DNA of 62,561 nucleotides, filler included, from Sphacelaria rigidula (taxonomy: Eukaryota): NCBI GenBank assembly GCA_964200075.2. It is 6 parts of 6 records of this genome, joined end to end, with 100 filler letters (N's around TTAATTAATTAA, not from the genome) between each part and the next. Parts side by side here need not be neighbours in the genome. Positions count along the whole stretch, not along the records: positions 1 to 10,346 come from CAXNAA020006683.1; positions 10,447 to 20,791 come from CAXNAA020006684.1; 4 more parts are not named here. One strand, 5' to 3'. The notes beneath the pieces were generated by a model. That model made no database searches. It was not told where the DNA came from and saw only the letters and a program-made list of their open reading frames with translations. Position 1 is the first letter of the stretch. The number at the start of each line of letters is the position of its first letter. Both the position numbers and the translations under genes were made by a program. Shown piece after piece: positions 1 through 11,308 of the stretch.

Positions 1-23
1 GGGGCGGGGCCCGCGGTGGTCCG

Positions 24-66
<43 letters not shown>

Positions 67-544
67 CATCCTTACTGGATCTGGGGGTCCAGCAGCGCCC
101 AACTTGACGGCCTACGATATACAAGATGTAATCACAGGCAGACGGAGGGCGGGATGGATGGCGACATACAGACGAACAGACGGGAAGGGCGTAACATGTA
201 CACAACATGCGCACACCCACGTATACACACCTCTTTGTCATTATCCCGATCGCAGCGTTTCTTCGTTTTCAGTATTTTTCTTTTTTTGCTTTTTATTTAT
301 TTTGTATAGCATCCGTTTGAATTGTTTTCAGGTCCGATTTATTCTACGATTCTGCTTTCACCCCAGCTCGGGGTAGTTAGCCTGTCACCACGGAAGGCGT
401 CTGCATCAGATGCCCAGTACAGAATAAAGCGCAGACATCGGAACGGTTTTAATGTGAAGACAACAACAATAACAACAACAACGACAACAGCGTCCCCGGA
501 GCTGCCCCTACTCCCGCCGCCCTGGTGACTTTTAGCACGTTGTG

Positions 545-790
545 AAACCCGTGGCTGTTGCTGGAAGTGGCGATACCGAAAAATAAAGCAAGTCACTCGA
601 GAATTTGCACGATAATTAGCACGCTTCTGGCCGAACAATTTTAACAGGATGTAGATCACCCCTTATACGACTCGCCGAACACATGACGGTGCTTCGCGCT
701 TGGTAACTGCGAGCCTGGTCCCGGCTTTGTAGGAATGCAAATGTCAAGGGTCTTCTGACTACGGCATGCAAGATCATGAGTACACACCCC
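545..790. repeat. Interspersed repeat (possibly SINE-like); other copies at about 9463-9746 and 10447-10514
   Basis: Shared blocks CTGGAAGTGGCGATACC, GCTTCGCGCTTGGT, CCCGGCTTT.TAGG.ATGC and GGCATGCAAGATCA.GAGTACAC. Confidence 0.7.
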
Positions 791-1232
791 TCCTGCTGCC
801 CCCGTTGATCAGCTATCGGATGGATGTGAAGGTAGCGAAAACAAGGGTCCGCCTTGCCGCCTTCTGGGAGGGGAAAGGAGGGGGTGGAGATAGGACACTG
901 ACACACTGACGCAATGTTTGGGTATATCAGAAGCAGTGTGTGCACCGTGGGTACAGGTAGTGCAGTCGTCTTCGGCTATGTGCCTGAAAGCTTGAAAGCC
1001 CAATGTTTACACAATTCCAATACGGCACATATGAATCCAATGAATTGCATGGAATCAACGAACTACAGCATGTAGAGAAGCACACAACTGGACATATCAC
1101 CGACTATGGACAAGCCGGCGCGCACACAAGCGTGTTCACACCTCACTGAATGCAGCAGCTGAACATGAATCGCGCCCCACCCCCTTTACCACCTCTCGTT
1201 CGTTTCTATCAATATATATATTCTCGTGGCAG

Positions 1233-4200
1233 GGACGGTTACTTGTATGGAATTCTACAAGTCCACTCACTTGCTCACGGGAAGTGAGGATCACACGGTG
1301 TGCATCTGGCGCGTTCACGACTGGGCGTTGCTGCACGTACTGGGTGGACACAAAGCGGCCGTTACATCTCTAAGGTTCGATCTGGGGCATGGTCAGTACT
1401 CGTTGCTTTGCCACTGTGACCCTTTTGGTACTGTCAATGGAAAACTGTGGAGTTCGAGGCGCCATTTTTTCAAGACATATGGTCGAGTTTTTACAGCTTC
1501 CACGCAAACTGTTAGCCCGTTTCGTGTGTTTTAGACCCGTGAAAAAACGTGCCCCAGTGGAGCACGGAACTCAGTAAATAGAAAATAGACAGGTGGTGCC
1601 GAATTTTGTTTGTATAGACTTCAGGCACGTAAGTGCTGATTTTGGATGTGTGCACAAACTTGAACAAACTTGATCCGTTGCGTCCCCTCACTGGACGAAA
1701 TTAGCCCGACCGCACCGAGATGACATTTTTGCTGTGCGCGCATGACGTATGCTGGTGGATTCTGCTGTGGCCTTGCGCCGTAAAAAATGGTTGCCTGCGG
1801 TCTTTTCTGTCACCATATTTTATTCCTTGTCAGGGCTTGACGCCATGAGGTGTCTGGCCCGGGGACGGAAGGGTAGGGTTCTCAAAGGGTCAAGTTTTCC
1901 TTTGACCTCGTGATTTTTCCACGTTTACTTCTAAAGATGTTATCCAACTCTGCTGTCTCTTGTCTACTTGAAGTTATTCGCGATCCTACATTATTGCACC
2001 CTCTCCTCAAACACCATGAAACGGTATTCGACAGCTTCACAGTGCCCCGTCTATCGTGAACCCTTGTGCACACGCTGAGGTCTTCTCAATACGTGCACCA
2101 TCGATTTGGCTGTCTGCACTTTCGTGTTCGCAGCATTCACCCCTCCGGCCGGATGGCCCTTTCGGTGTCTCGAGACCGGACCATGCGCTTGTGGAACCTA
2201 CTCGAGGGAAGGTGCGCCTACATCAAACGACTGCAAGGGGAGGGGGAGCTCGTGCGATGGTCACCACAGGGAGACAGGTGATGAGTTGACTGGTCAGTTT
2301 TTCATCCTCGCTCTCTGCATTTCGTAGTGGTTTGCTTGGTGGTCGGCTGGTTGCTTGATTGCTTGTTTACCCCCTTCTAGATCGCCCACTTGCTTAACCC
2401 TTAGACCGCGAGGGTAGTCCATCTGGACCATGCATACTTTTTCCAAGTCAAATGAATGCCGGTTCAACATAGATCTACTCTCGCCGTGTAAGGGTTAACC
2501 ACTCGTGGCCGTGCTGCCGTGCTTCAGATGTTTGGGTTCGTATCGTATGATTCTTCCCTGTTTAAACTGCACTGGATGATGACACTGAATGAACTCGACA
2601 CCACTTGCTTTGATTTTTCCCCGCAGTTTGATTTGGATCACATGTATTGATCTGGGGCTTTCCCCATCTACTACCTCCATGGAGATGATATCTCCGAAGA
2701 TGTTGAAAACAAAAAGATTGTTGTTCTTCAGCGCTGTATCCCTTTCAAGAAAGGGTCTGCATGGTTCCTTGTCGACTCCTGTTGTTTTTCCTCTGCAGCA
2801 GTCACCCCGCTCAACACACTCGTAAAAACGTCCGCACACAAAACGCAGCTACCTGATCGTGGTGGGCACGGGTGTCACGGCTTACAGCGCGGGTACTACT
2901 GCCGAGGCCATGGGGGAGTGCAAGCATCGAGCGCGTGTGAATTCGGCGTGCTTTGTGGGAGGGATTGGCGGGGAGAAGGGTGATGCAACGGCGATTGCGA
3001 CTTGTGCTGACGACAAAACGGTTCGGTTCTTTCGAGCTATCGGCGGGAAACCATTGGTGGGTGGGGGTTGATTCTGGCCGAGGAGCTAGCAGTCGTTGCT
3101 TCAAGGGCTCGGGATGACCATGTAGCAGACTTTTTTTTTCTTCTTCATACAGTATTTTGTTGGTACGCGTATCAGTCCCATCGGGAACCGGGCGTGAGGC
3201 CTCCTTGTGTTTGGCCAGGGGAGTTGGCGGTTATGATCCGAAGGATAAGGTTACCCACCAGTGACTCAAATGATAACTTCGTATGATAGAAAAAGCAAAA
3301 AAAAAATCGACCGGCATGTACTGTCTTTTTCCTCGTATTTTAAAGCAGGCAACACCCTCGGTGGAGTGGGGGGTGGGGAGGGGGTTGGAATATTTGACTC
3401 TACGTACCCCGTCTTTTGTTACACAGCTGCGCAGACTCCAAAAGCTGTTTGCCGTGCTCACATTTCGCGGGCGCATGTGCGCCGAGGCCTTCCTCACATT
3501 CTGTGGACCTCACCGTGACTCTCCCTCCCCCACACCCACACGCATCCCCTGATCGCACAGGGTCAACTGGATATGATAAATATCTGCCCAACCGGGCGGG
3601 TACGAGACGTGTGCTACGTCGCTCCCAGCGAAGACACTAATGGTGATGATGCGGCAAGGGGAGCTTTGGTGACGGTAACTTCGGCGGGCAGGGTGAGCGT
3701 GTGGGGCGTTCCATCGTTGGAGAGCGTTGGCGAGAAGGAGGGGGGCGAGGCGGTGGCTGGGACGCTTGATATTCCTCTACTTGCTACACATGCAGTCAAG
3801 GTGTGTGTACAGCGAGAAGAAAATATGCTGTGTTTCATCTCCGGTTCGTTCTCTTGCGGAGTCGGATAGTTTTGGGGTAGTCTGCCTTGTTCGTTTTTTT
3901 CGATTTGTTTTAGTCTGCTTACTCTGTTGTATCTATTGTACTTTTTCTGTATTTCTTCGATTTTCTTCAGAGAGTGTTTGAAGTTTGTTTTTGCTCGGGT
4001 ACGTCGATCATGTGGATGATGGCCACGGCTGGATAATGACTCCGGGGGCGTCAACTAAATTACGACAATCAAATCAAACTCAATCAAATCGATCAATCTG
4101 TCCGCAAATATCTCGTTTACCCGCTTGTATAGGGTATACTCGTGCGGCGCGTGCGCTTGTCGGCTGTTGCGTGTGGCATGTCTGCGTGCGTGCGTTCGTT

Positions 4201-5605
4201 TGTTTGCTTGTGTCTGTGGGTAAAATGGTAGATGTCCAGGAGGTCATGCTGGTCGCAGATCCACTAATGATAATGCAAGAGAGCGTACGTGTTTTGGTAG
4301 ACTCGTCAGCTCTACGAAGAGATGCTCGTTCATGGCCCAATGCCTGCAGTGTATGGAGGTACATGTTGCACACAAAAGACGGAGCAACTGGGTTGTCCTG
4401 AGGACCGACGCCCGGATGGGTAGGGTGACTCGTGTACAGAGTCGAGCTAGGGGACATCATAGGAGGTTTGCTCGGTGCGGGATACCCTCGTCCCAAGTCC
4501 GAGACTACCTGGGTGGGGGGGCACTCCCACCTTGGTGCCTACCCATACATTCGCTAGACATGGCTGCCCTCTGGGGTGTACATGTCTGACGGGTGGAGCG
4601 ACTCGAAGCGCTGCACGAAACTATAAATAGCGAAGTGCATGGTGAAAGGCTCCTTCCTGTTCTCTTGGGACAGAAAAAAGAAAAAAAACTGGGTTGTCCA
4701 TTTGGTGATGGATTTCATTGGTTTAGTTCGGTTTGATCGGATTACCGTTCATGAACCGATCCCTTGTTACTCCAGCCGTAGTGGTTGCGAGACAGACGGA
4801 AATCAAATGCCTCGGTATGACTACACGCTGAGACAGTTTTTTGCTGCGCACAGGAATCTCGGTGAAGTCGCACGATTTGGGATTTTAGCTCACGTCATGC
4901 CCAACAGTGGAGAGCGACTATGTCGTGGGTACACAAAACTCGACTTCACGGTCGACGAGGAAAAAGGAACGCTAAACCCCGCTTGCTTCAAAAAGCAAGG
5001 CAAGCACCACGGAAGGAAGGTGGAGTAATGAAACAGAAACAAAAAATCCTGTGTTGACCTTCCTCCTGTGTGACCCCGGCTGATGCGCCCACATATACCG
5101 AAAGGTGCAAACTGGCGTCCCGAATAGATGAGTTGACGACACACCCGAAAGAGTATGGAATCTTACACTACAACCCCATGAGGAATAAATTCGTGCCCTG
5201 TGTGTGTGTGCGTGTTTTGTTTGCTTGTTTATTCCGTCGACTTCTCTATTGTTAATCCGCGTGATGCGCCAGGGAGAGCCACGGTTTACCTGTGTGGCAG
5301 CTTGCCTGAGCGAAGACACGCTGGCGACAGAGGACCGGCGAGATCAAGCTCAAAGGACCAAGAAGAACTCCAAAAAGCGAAAACAGCGTCCAGTCGCCCC
5401 AGTAGAGTCGGAAGACAAAAATGACAACAAAGAGGACAAGAATGGGTTGTCTGCAGCCAAGAAAAAATCTTCAAAAAAAAAGAAGGTGAAATCGCGCGAC
5501 AAATCGAATGCTGGAAAAAACGACCGGAATGGTGCTAGTCCGAGGGCGGGTGGGGGGGCAGGAAGCATCAATAGTGGCAGCGGGAAAAAAAAACAGCGGA
5601 AATAG
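1233..5605 (+). CDS. PAK1IP1: PAK1-interacting protein 1 / MAK11-like WD40 protein (60S ribosome biogenesis); 5' exons not in this contig
   Basis: Five phase-consistent AG/GT-bounded exons: 1233-1374, 2134-2277, 2849-3056, 3561-3800, 5273-5605 (TAG). Spliced product reads GTVTCMEFYKSTHLLTGSEDHTVCIWRVHDW...HKAAVTSL/SIHPSGRMALSVSRDRTMRLWNLLEGRCAYIK...VRWSPQGD, which matches the PAK1IP1 WD repeats as I recall them (SIHPSGKLALSV...WNLVEGRSAFIK). It ends in a Lys-rich, nucleolar-type tail. Confidence 0.9.
2398..2494. mobile_element. piggyBac-like MITE, family A (intronic)
   Basis: TTAA|CCCTTAGACCGCGAGGGTAG...CTACTCTCGCCGTGTAAGGG|TTAA: TTAA duplication and CCC...GGG termini. Confidence 0.85.
4852..5143 (+). 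mobile_element. tRNA-derived SINE, same family, 5'-truncated (intronic)
   Basis: CATGCCCAACAGTGGAGAGCGACTATGTCGTGGGTACACAAAA...AAAATCCTGTGTTGACCTTCCTCCTGTGTGA matches the other two copies. Confidence 0.75.
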
Positions 5606-6443
5606 ATGGTAGCTTTATCGACGAGCTTCTCAGATCACCGACGTGCGTGTCGAAGTGGTAGTCCGCCGGGCGATGCCAGCGGCGATGGCTTCGGTGGTGA
5701 TAGCTGGTGCTGCCGGTTGTAAAAATAGCGGTAAAGATCGAGTAAGGTGTGTAGTTTCCGAAGAATATGTTCCTGTTTTGTTTATTCTTTTCCTGCCTCT
5801 CGATTTTGTTCGGTTTAACGTACTCCATTTGTTATATCTTCCTGTCTTCGTATTTTCCTCTTTTTTTTTTTTCCAATCTCCTTCAGCGAGTGAGTGTTGC
5901 CGTACTGTTTACCTTGGGTACGTCTTTGTCACGGATAATGACCAGGGATGGATCATGACTCGTAGGGGAGCAGTTCATGTGAGACAATCAATCGATAGAT
6001 CAGACAATACCCCGCCTAATTGATGTTGAGGTAATGCCGGGAGCTGTGAGACTAGGTCGTACGCATTTTTTCCCAAACCGTGACTTCTTTCGTCATGCAG
6101 GCGTACATCATGTGGCTCGGGTGACGCCCCCTTCTTTTTTGTTGCCTTCTTCAATTATCCCTTGGTTGAGACACTTTGAACGCCAATTTTTTACATACGC
6201 CCATGTTCACCGGCGGAGCTAGAATTCTGATGCGTTGCTGAGGCTTGAGGAAGGCTACTGCTCTGAGAGGGTCACCAGGATAAGAGTAAGAGGTCTCAAT
6301 AATTGGGCAACTGCTTCAGATTTACTTTATCATGTCCCGAGAAATTGGATTTTTTCTTCCTGACTACTGACGTAATTATCTTATGTGGGATGTTCGGATA
6401 AATCTGTACAATCTCAAATTGATCTATTGCTTCATCTGGTTAA

Positions 6444-6561
6444 CCCTTCCGGAACCCATTGACGATTTTTGTTTTTCTGAATCGGCATCATCTTGACTTG
6501 AAAATGACTGAAAATGATGCCGATCCACAAAAAAAAAAATCGTCAATGGGTCCCCAAAGGG
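6444..6561. mobile_element. piggyBac-like MITE, family B (nearly fully palindromic)
   Basis: TTAA|CCCTT..GGAACCCATTGACGATTTTT...AAAAATCGTCAATGGGTCCCCAAAGGG|TTGA. Shares the internal motif GAATCGGCATCA with family A. Confidence 0.7.
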
Positions 6562-7462
6562 TTGAGAAACCTGCTCTCACATTTTTTCGATTTTTTTTCA
6601 TCCCCCCAAAATGTAGGAATTCGCGGGGGGGGGAAAGAGACAGCCGTTTTTCAGACGTTTCCGATCTGTTTCTGGAAAAAAACCGAAGAAACGTCCTCCC
6701 CGAAAATCGTGACAGCAGATTTCTCCACCAGGTCAACGAATATAACAATTTAAAAGTGATGCACATTACTACGAGCTGGGTCAGCAGTAAATCCCGCATT
6801 TGCATGTCACACCATAATAACTAATCAAGTTTACCTAATCAGCCCGACGTGAGTATATCGGTGTGACCTGTAGGCTAACATGGTAACGCACGGGACCGCC
6901 GCTGAAAAAATGAAGAAAAAAAAAAGGCACTACATAATGTATCACCTAACCGACGGAACAAAAAAAAAGAATCCGTCGGGATTCGAACACATGACCTCCA
7001 TAACTGGGTCAACTGCATCGCTTGGATTAAAAAAGAGCAGCCGTGCCACACGAAAAGTTGGATGCTGCGCCAAATTTCTGGAATTTTCGGCCGAAATTGT
7101 ACCAGAATCTCCTCCATACAAGGACGCACAAGTACACTAGGGATGCCCCCGTACTTCCTTATTTTCACGGAGTTATAGGATTTTTCTAGTCTATCCAGAA
7201 ACTTCAAATCGCTCTAACTTTCTTTTCTTTTTTCTTGCATCACAAGGAAGGTTGTGTGTAGTGGTTATAAAAATGTTGAGTCAACATTTCAGCGCCCAAC
7301 GCTTCGGGTTACCCACCGCCCGGCCCGGATACACCCGCAAATCACTGTCAGCTGGCCCAGTTCGTACTCGGGAAATCTAGCGTTGGATTTTTCTTCGGCA
7401 TTTTTTTTAAAAGTCGGGAATATTTTCGAAAACGTCAAAAAGGTCTGAAAAAGTCCCGTTAA

Positions 7463-7562
7463 CCCTTAGACCGCGAGGAGGGTAATCCATCTGGATCACG
7501 CATACTTCATCAAGTGAAACTGATGCCGACTAAACAGGTGACCTACTCTCGTTGTCTAAGGG
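7463..7562. mobile_element. piggyBac-like MITE, family A
   Basis: TTAA|CCCTTAGACCGCGAG...CTCTCGTTGTCTAAGGG|TTAA, homologous to 2398-2494. Confidence 0.85.
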
Positions 7563-9462
7563 TTAATTAATAACGATCCCATACTGTAGCCTAAAAAAGA
7601 GAGAGAGCCAGGTGTGGGTGGGGGGGCACGGGAGGACGAAGTAGTAGTTTTGTGTGTCTCGCACTCCGTCTCAGTTCGCTCGCCCAGGGGAGGGATCATC
7701 CATTCTGAGAGACCACTGTTGCTCCAGTATCTACTACGATACAACCTGCGTCCGTCTTAAAATATGATGAGAAGGTGGGAAATAGCATATCCCACGGCGG
7801 GGTGATTATTTCATGATAACCATTATTAATAGGGCCGAAGCTTATAAGAGTAGGGCGACGCGTGCACTGCGCCAAGTTGACAGAAGTTTTAGCGGCTTGG
7901 ACCCCCCCGCTAGACTTGAGCCAAGCTTCCGAACGCTCGAGACGCCTACCTCACATGACTGCCGTGAGACGGTCTAGTCGAGAGCCTCCCGATAATCGGC
8001 GCACGAACCCCCGCTTACGGGGTTAGCATTGGGTAAGGTTTCCGCCTTCCTTCAAGGGAAAAAAAACCCCGACAACAACGAGACATGACACCATTTTCGG
8101 TCCCGAACAGCGAGTAGTGTCCACCACGTGTCTTGGACAGTATACTTTTCCCAGTTGAAAGGGGTCTATCTCACTTATCCAATTCGCTAGCTTCCAAGGG
8201 TCTGATTAAAAATAAAAATGGCATTGGGAAGAAACAAAGTGGGGACTGGGCATGATAAAATAATGCAGTGTCTGTCGTGGCAATTTTGAAAAGAAAAAGA
8301 AAACCACATCGTGTCACATTTTTCCAAGCTTCCCGTTGAATTTTTCATCAAGTGACTGCTGTCGAAACTTGCGAGCCCAGCGAAGTGCGTTAGACTTCCT
8401 ACTGGGTCGATGCATCTCGTCAAGACAGACGATTGCAATATTTCAATATTTCTTATTTGGGGATCACAAGTGAGGTGACAAATGCGGAAACCAAAACAAA
8501 GGATCCAATCAGGAAAAAATCCTGTCATCACAACATGTGGCGTAGATCGCAAAAATTGTGGCATCCCTCCACAGATCCCACCTCCTACAATATAATAATA
8601 ACGAAGCTTGGCCAATCGCAGTATCGCCCATGATCAAGAACGCGAAGCCTATGTGGGGCATGACTCCGAAGGTGGGAGTTACCGCGCAACACACTACCGC
8701 CCGCAACTCCGCCCTGCCCCCCCCTCCCCCCCCCGCGTTGTCGTCACCAAAGGCCCTGTAGCCTTCCAAGTACAAATCTCCTCGTAGTCCCCTATCCCAA
8801 CTATCTGGAGAGAAGCAAGACCCCTCATACCTTCGCGTCCAAAAAGCGCTCGACACACGACATCATTCCAACAGCGACCAACAACGATACCACGTTCCCC
8901 AACGATCACAGAGCTCATTCACCAACTCGCGCACACTTTCTGAGGTATGGTCGCCACCACCGCAGCTTGCAAGATTAACCGAGGTTAACGACCCCGAAGG
9001 CTAAAGTCCATCAACATGGGCGTTGTACACGCTCACCCACACGGTTCCCCCCCCCCCCCCCATTTTGGAAACACGGCTTCGATATTTACTCAACCCAGCA
9101 TATACACTAACGGGGTGTGGTAGACAATGTCTCATCTCTCACGTTATCAAACTCACAGCAGTACTACAGAAACGCACAGAAAAAAACATGGCTACCTACA
9201 AAATTGGCGGCGCAGAAGGAGGGGTTGCGCCTCAGTTGCTACACGAACATGAAACAAAAAAACATCCACACCCACAGCCACACCCACACTCACGACCAAC
9301 AAAATCTTCTCAAAGCCTGATGGCCGCGCACGGTAAAAAGTATGCACTTCATTGCTCCCTTCTGTTGCTTCGTGACCCTGTCACTCGAGAGGCGAAGCAC
9401 ACCATCACCCCGTCACCCCCCCATCCCCCCCCCGGGATGGTGAACACCTATGCGGAAATGAG

Positions 9463-9746
9463 GAACCCGTGCTGTCTCTGGAAGTGGCGATACCAGATAA
9501 TGAAGGAACTCATTCTAGGCTGTCATCCATATGCAAGATCATCAGTACGCTTCGGGCTGACCAATCGTAGCAGGATGGAGCTCACCCTTCATGCGATTCG
9601 CCCAACACATCACGGCGCTTCGCGCTTGGTGATTGATCACGAGCCTGGTGCGGGGAAACTCGGCGTGCTCCATCCCGGCTTTCTAGGGATGCGAGGTCAA
9701 TGGCCATGTGATCATGGCATGCAAGATCACGAGTACACCCTCCCCT
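9463..9746. repeat. Second copy of the 545-790 repeat
   Basis: Direct alignment by eye shows the same conserved blocks. Confidence 0.7.
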
Positions 9747-10346
9747 CTCGGGAACAACATGTTCGCTGTATATTTGCTCAAGAAGCAACCCTTGCACTCC
9801 TGTAATACTACCTCCATCCAAGATCTCGCTCGAAACGACGTCATCCTGAGCAGCTTCCAGCGGCAGACTCGCGAGCGACGCGGCCGCCTGCGTCGGTTAA
9901 TTAAAAAAAAGACTTGAAATCGTCATCATCCGAGGGCACCTAACGGGACCTGGCGTGTTGACTAACTCGAGTCCGTTTTTACTTGATGCAGTTATCTTTA
10001 GTACCCCGGCTGTAAGGCCCTGTAAACACGGTACAGCAGATGACCAGCATCAAGGAACATGCAGCGCAAGAGCTTTTGATTTAAAAAAAAAAACAGCACC
10101 ATATGCGAATTCGTAATCGACACATACATATACTTTGCTGCAGTCGGACCTACAACAAAACCTACGAGACACCTCGCCAATGCAAGCAGCTCCTTGCTAA
10201 TGCAGTTCCGCGAAGTGGCTCAAAAGTAGTAGTAGAGACTAATGCCGAGATAGCCCCCCCACAAAAAGTGCACCGAAGATCGTCCGACAAACCGGCTGCG
10301 ATCCCACTACTGGGCCTGTTTGCAGCAATTTCGCCCACATGAGAGG

Positions 10347-10446
10347 NNNNNNNNNNNNNNNNNNNNNNNNNNNNNNNNNNNNNNNNNNNNTTAATTAATT
10401 AANNNNNNNNNNNNNNNNNNNNNNNNNNNNNNNNNNNNNNNNNNNN
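10347..10446. other. Artificial contig linker (44 N + TTAATTAATTAA + 44 N); also at 20792-20891, 31235-31334, 41678-41777 and 52121-52220
   Basis: The same 100-nt spacer occurs five times at 10443-10445-bp intervals. The 12-mer encodes stops in all six frames. Confidence 0.97.
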
Positions 10447-11308
10447 GGCTTTGTAGGGATGCGAAGTCAATGGTCTTATGACTATGGCATGCATGATCAT
10501 GAGTACACCCCCCCACCTCCCCAATTCCCACCCCCGTTCCCGCGCCCAGTATACATATATATATATATATGAGTGTGTGTATCTCTGTATACACGTGACG
10601 CACTCCGTAGTGACGTAATTCGCCTCCTGAACTATACTTGACAATTTCCGTGCCCACTACACGTAACCGTCAATTCAGCTGATGGCACTACGATACTAGG
10701 CACGAGAAGGCATATTTTTGGGCGGCTGATTTCAGACTAACGGTATCGGAGAACAGAACAGATACCATAAGGTTGTGGTCAGTATCCAGCTTCCTAAAGA
10801 CAGCATCACACACCAAGGCCATACACCAGTGGTGGAACCGGACGGTCGAGCGTTTCTAACTTGGTGGAGCTATCAGCTAATACACGAAGTTTCCGTCAGA
10901 ATCACGCACCGCGTCAGCACGGGTGTGGAAATACCTTAGAGTGTAAAGCTACCAATTGTACTACGCTATCGCTCGAAACCCAGTTGCTGAAAGGGGAGGC
11001 GATGGGAGCTGTGCTGGATCGGAATGCTACGTGGTCGCTGTTCTCGGACGACTTTGAGAAGCTGTGCGCTACCCAGCACAAACCTTTACTGCGAGCAGTT
11101 GGCTTCCGAAGAAAGGATTGTATAGGATACGGGACTATTTTGTTCACGGCCGTGCTTGAGATGGAAAATACGAGTGTACCAAAGGAACCATGCTGGATCC
11201 TGGACACCGTTTTCTGTGGATCGCCTTGACATTACCGAGTGCGGTTTCAGGTTTCCTCATCGTGTGCTGCGATTAAAAAATAGAGATTGGCCGCTTGAGG
11301 TCACTCAC

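Noticed and set aside
8005..8030. Telomerase RNA template (CTAACCC on the minus strand)
   Set aside because: It is only 7 nt, shorter than a usable template of about 1.5 repeats, and has no supporting promoter or terminator on that strand.
9023..9805. 260-aa ORF
   Set aside because: It runs through C-tracts and a copy of an interspersed repeat, with no domain or exon logic.
10160..10346. Terminal exon of the GT49 gene
   Set aside because: It lies on a different contig across an artificial linker and lacks GT49 C-terminal motifs.
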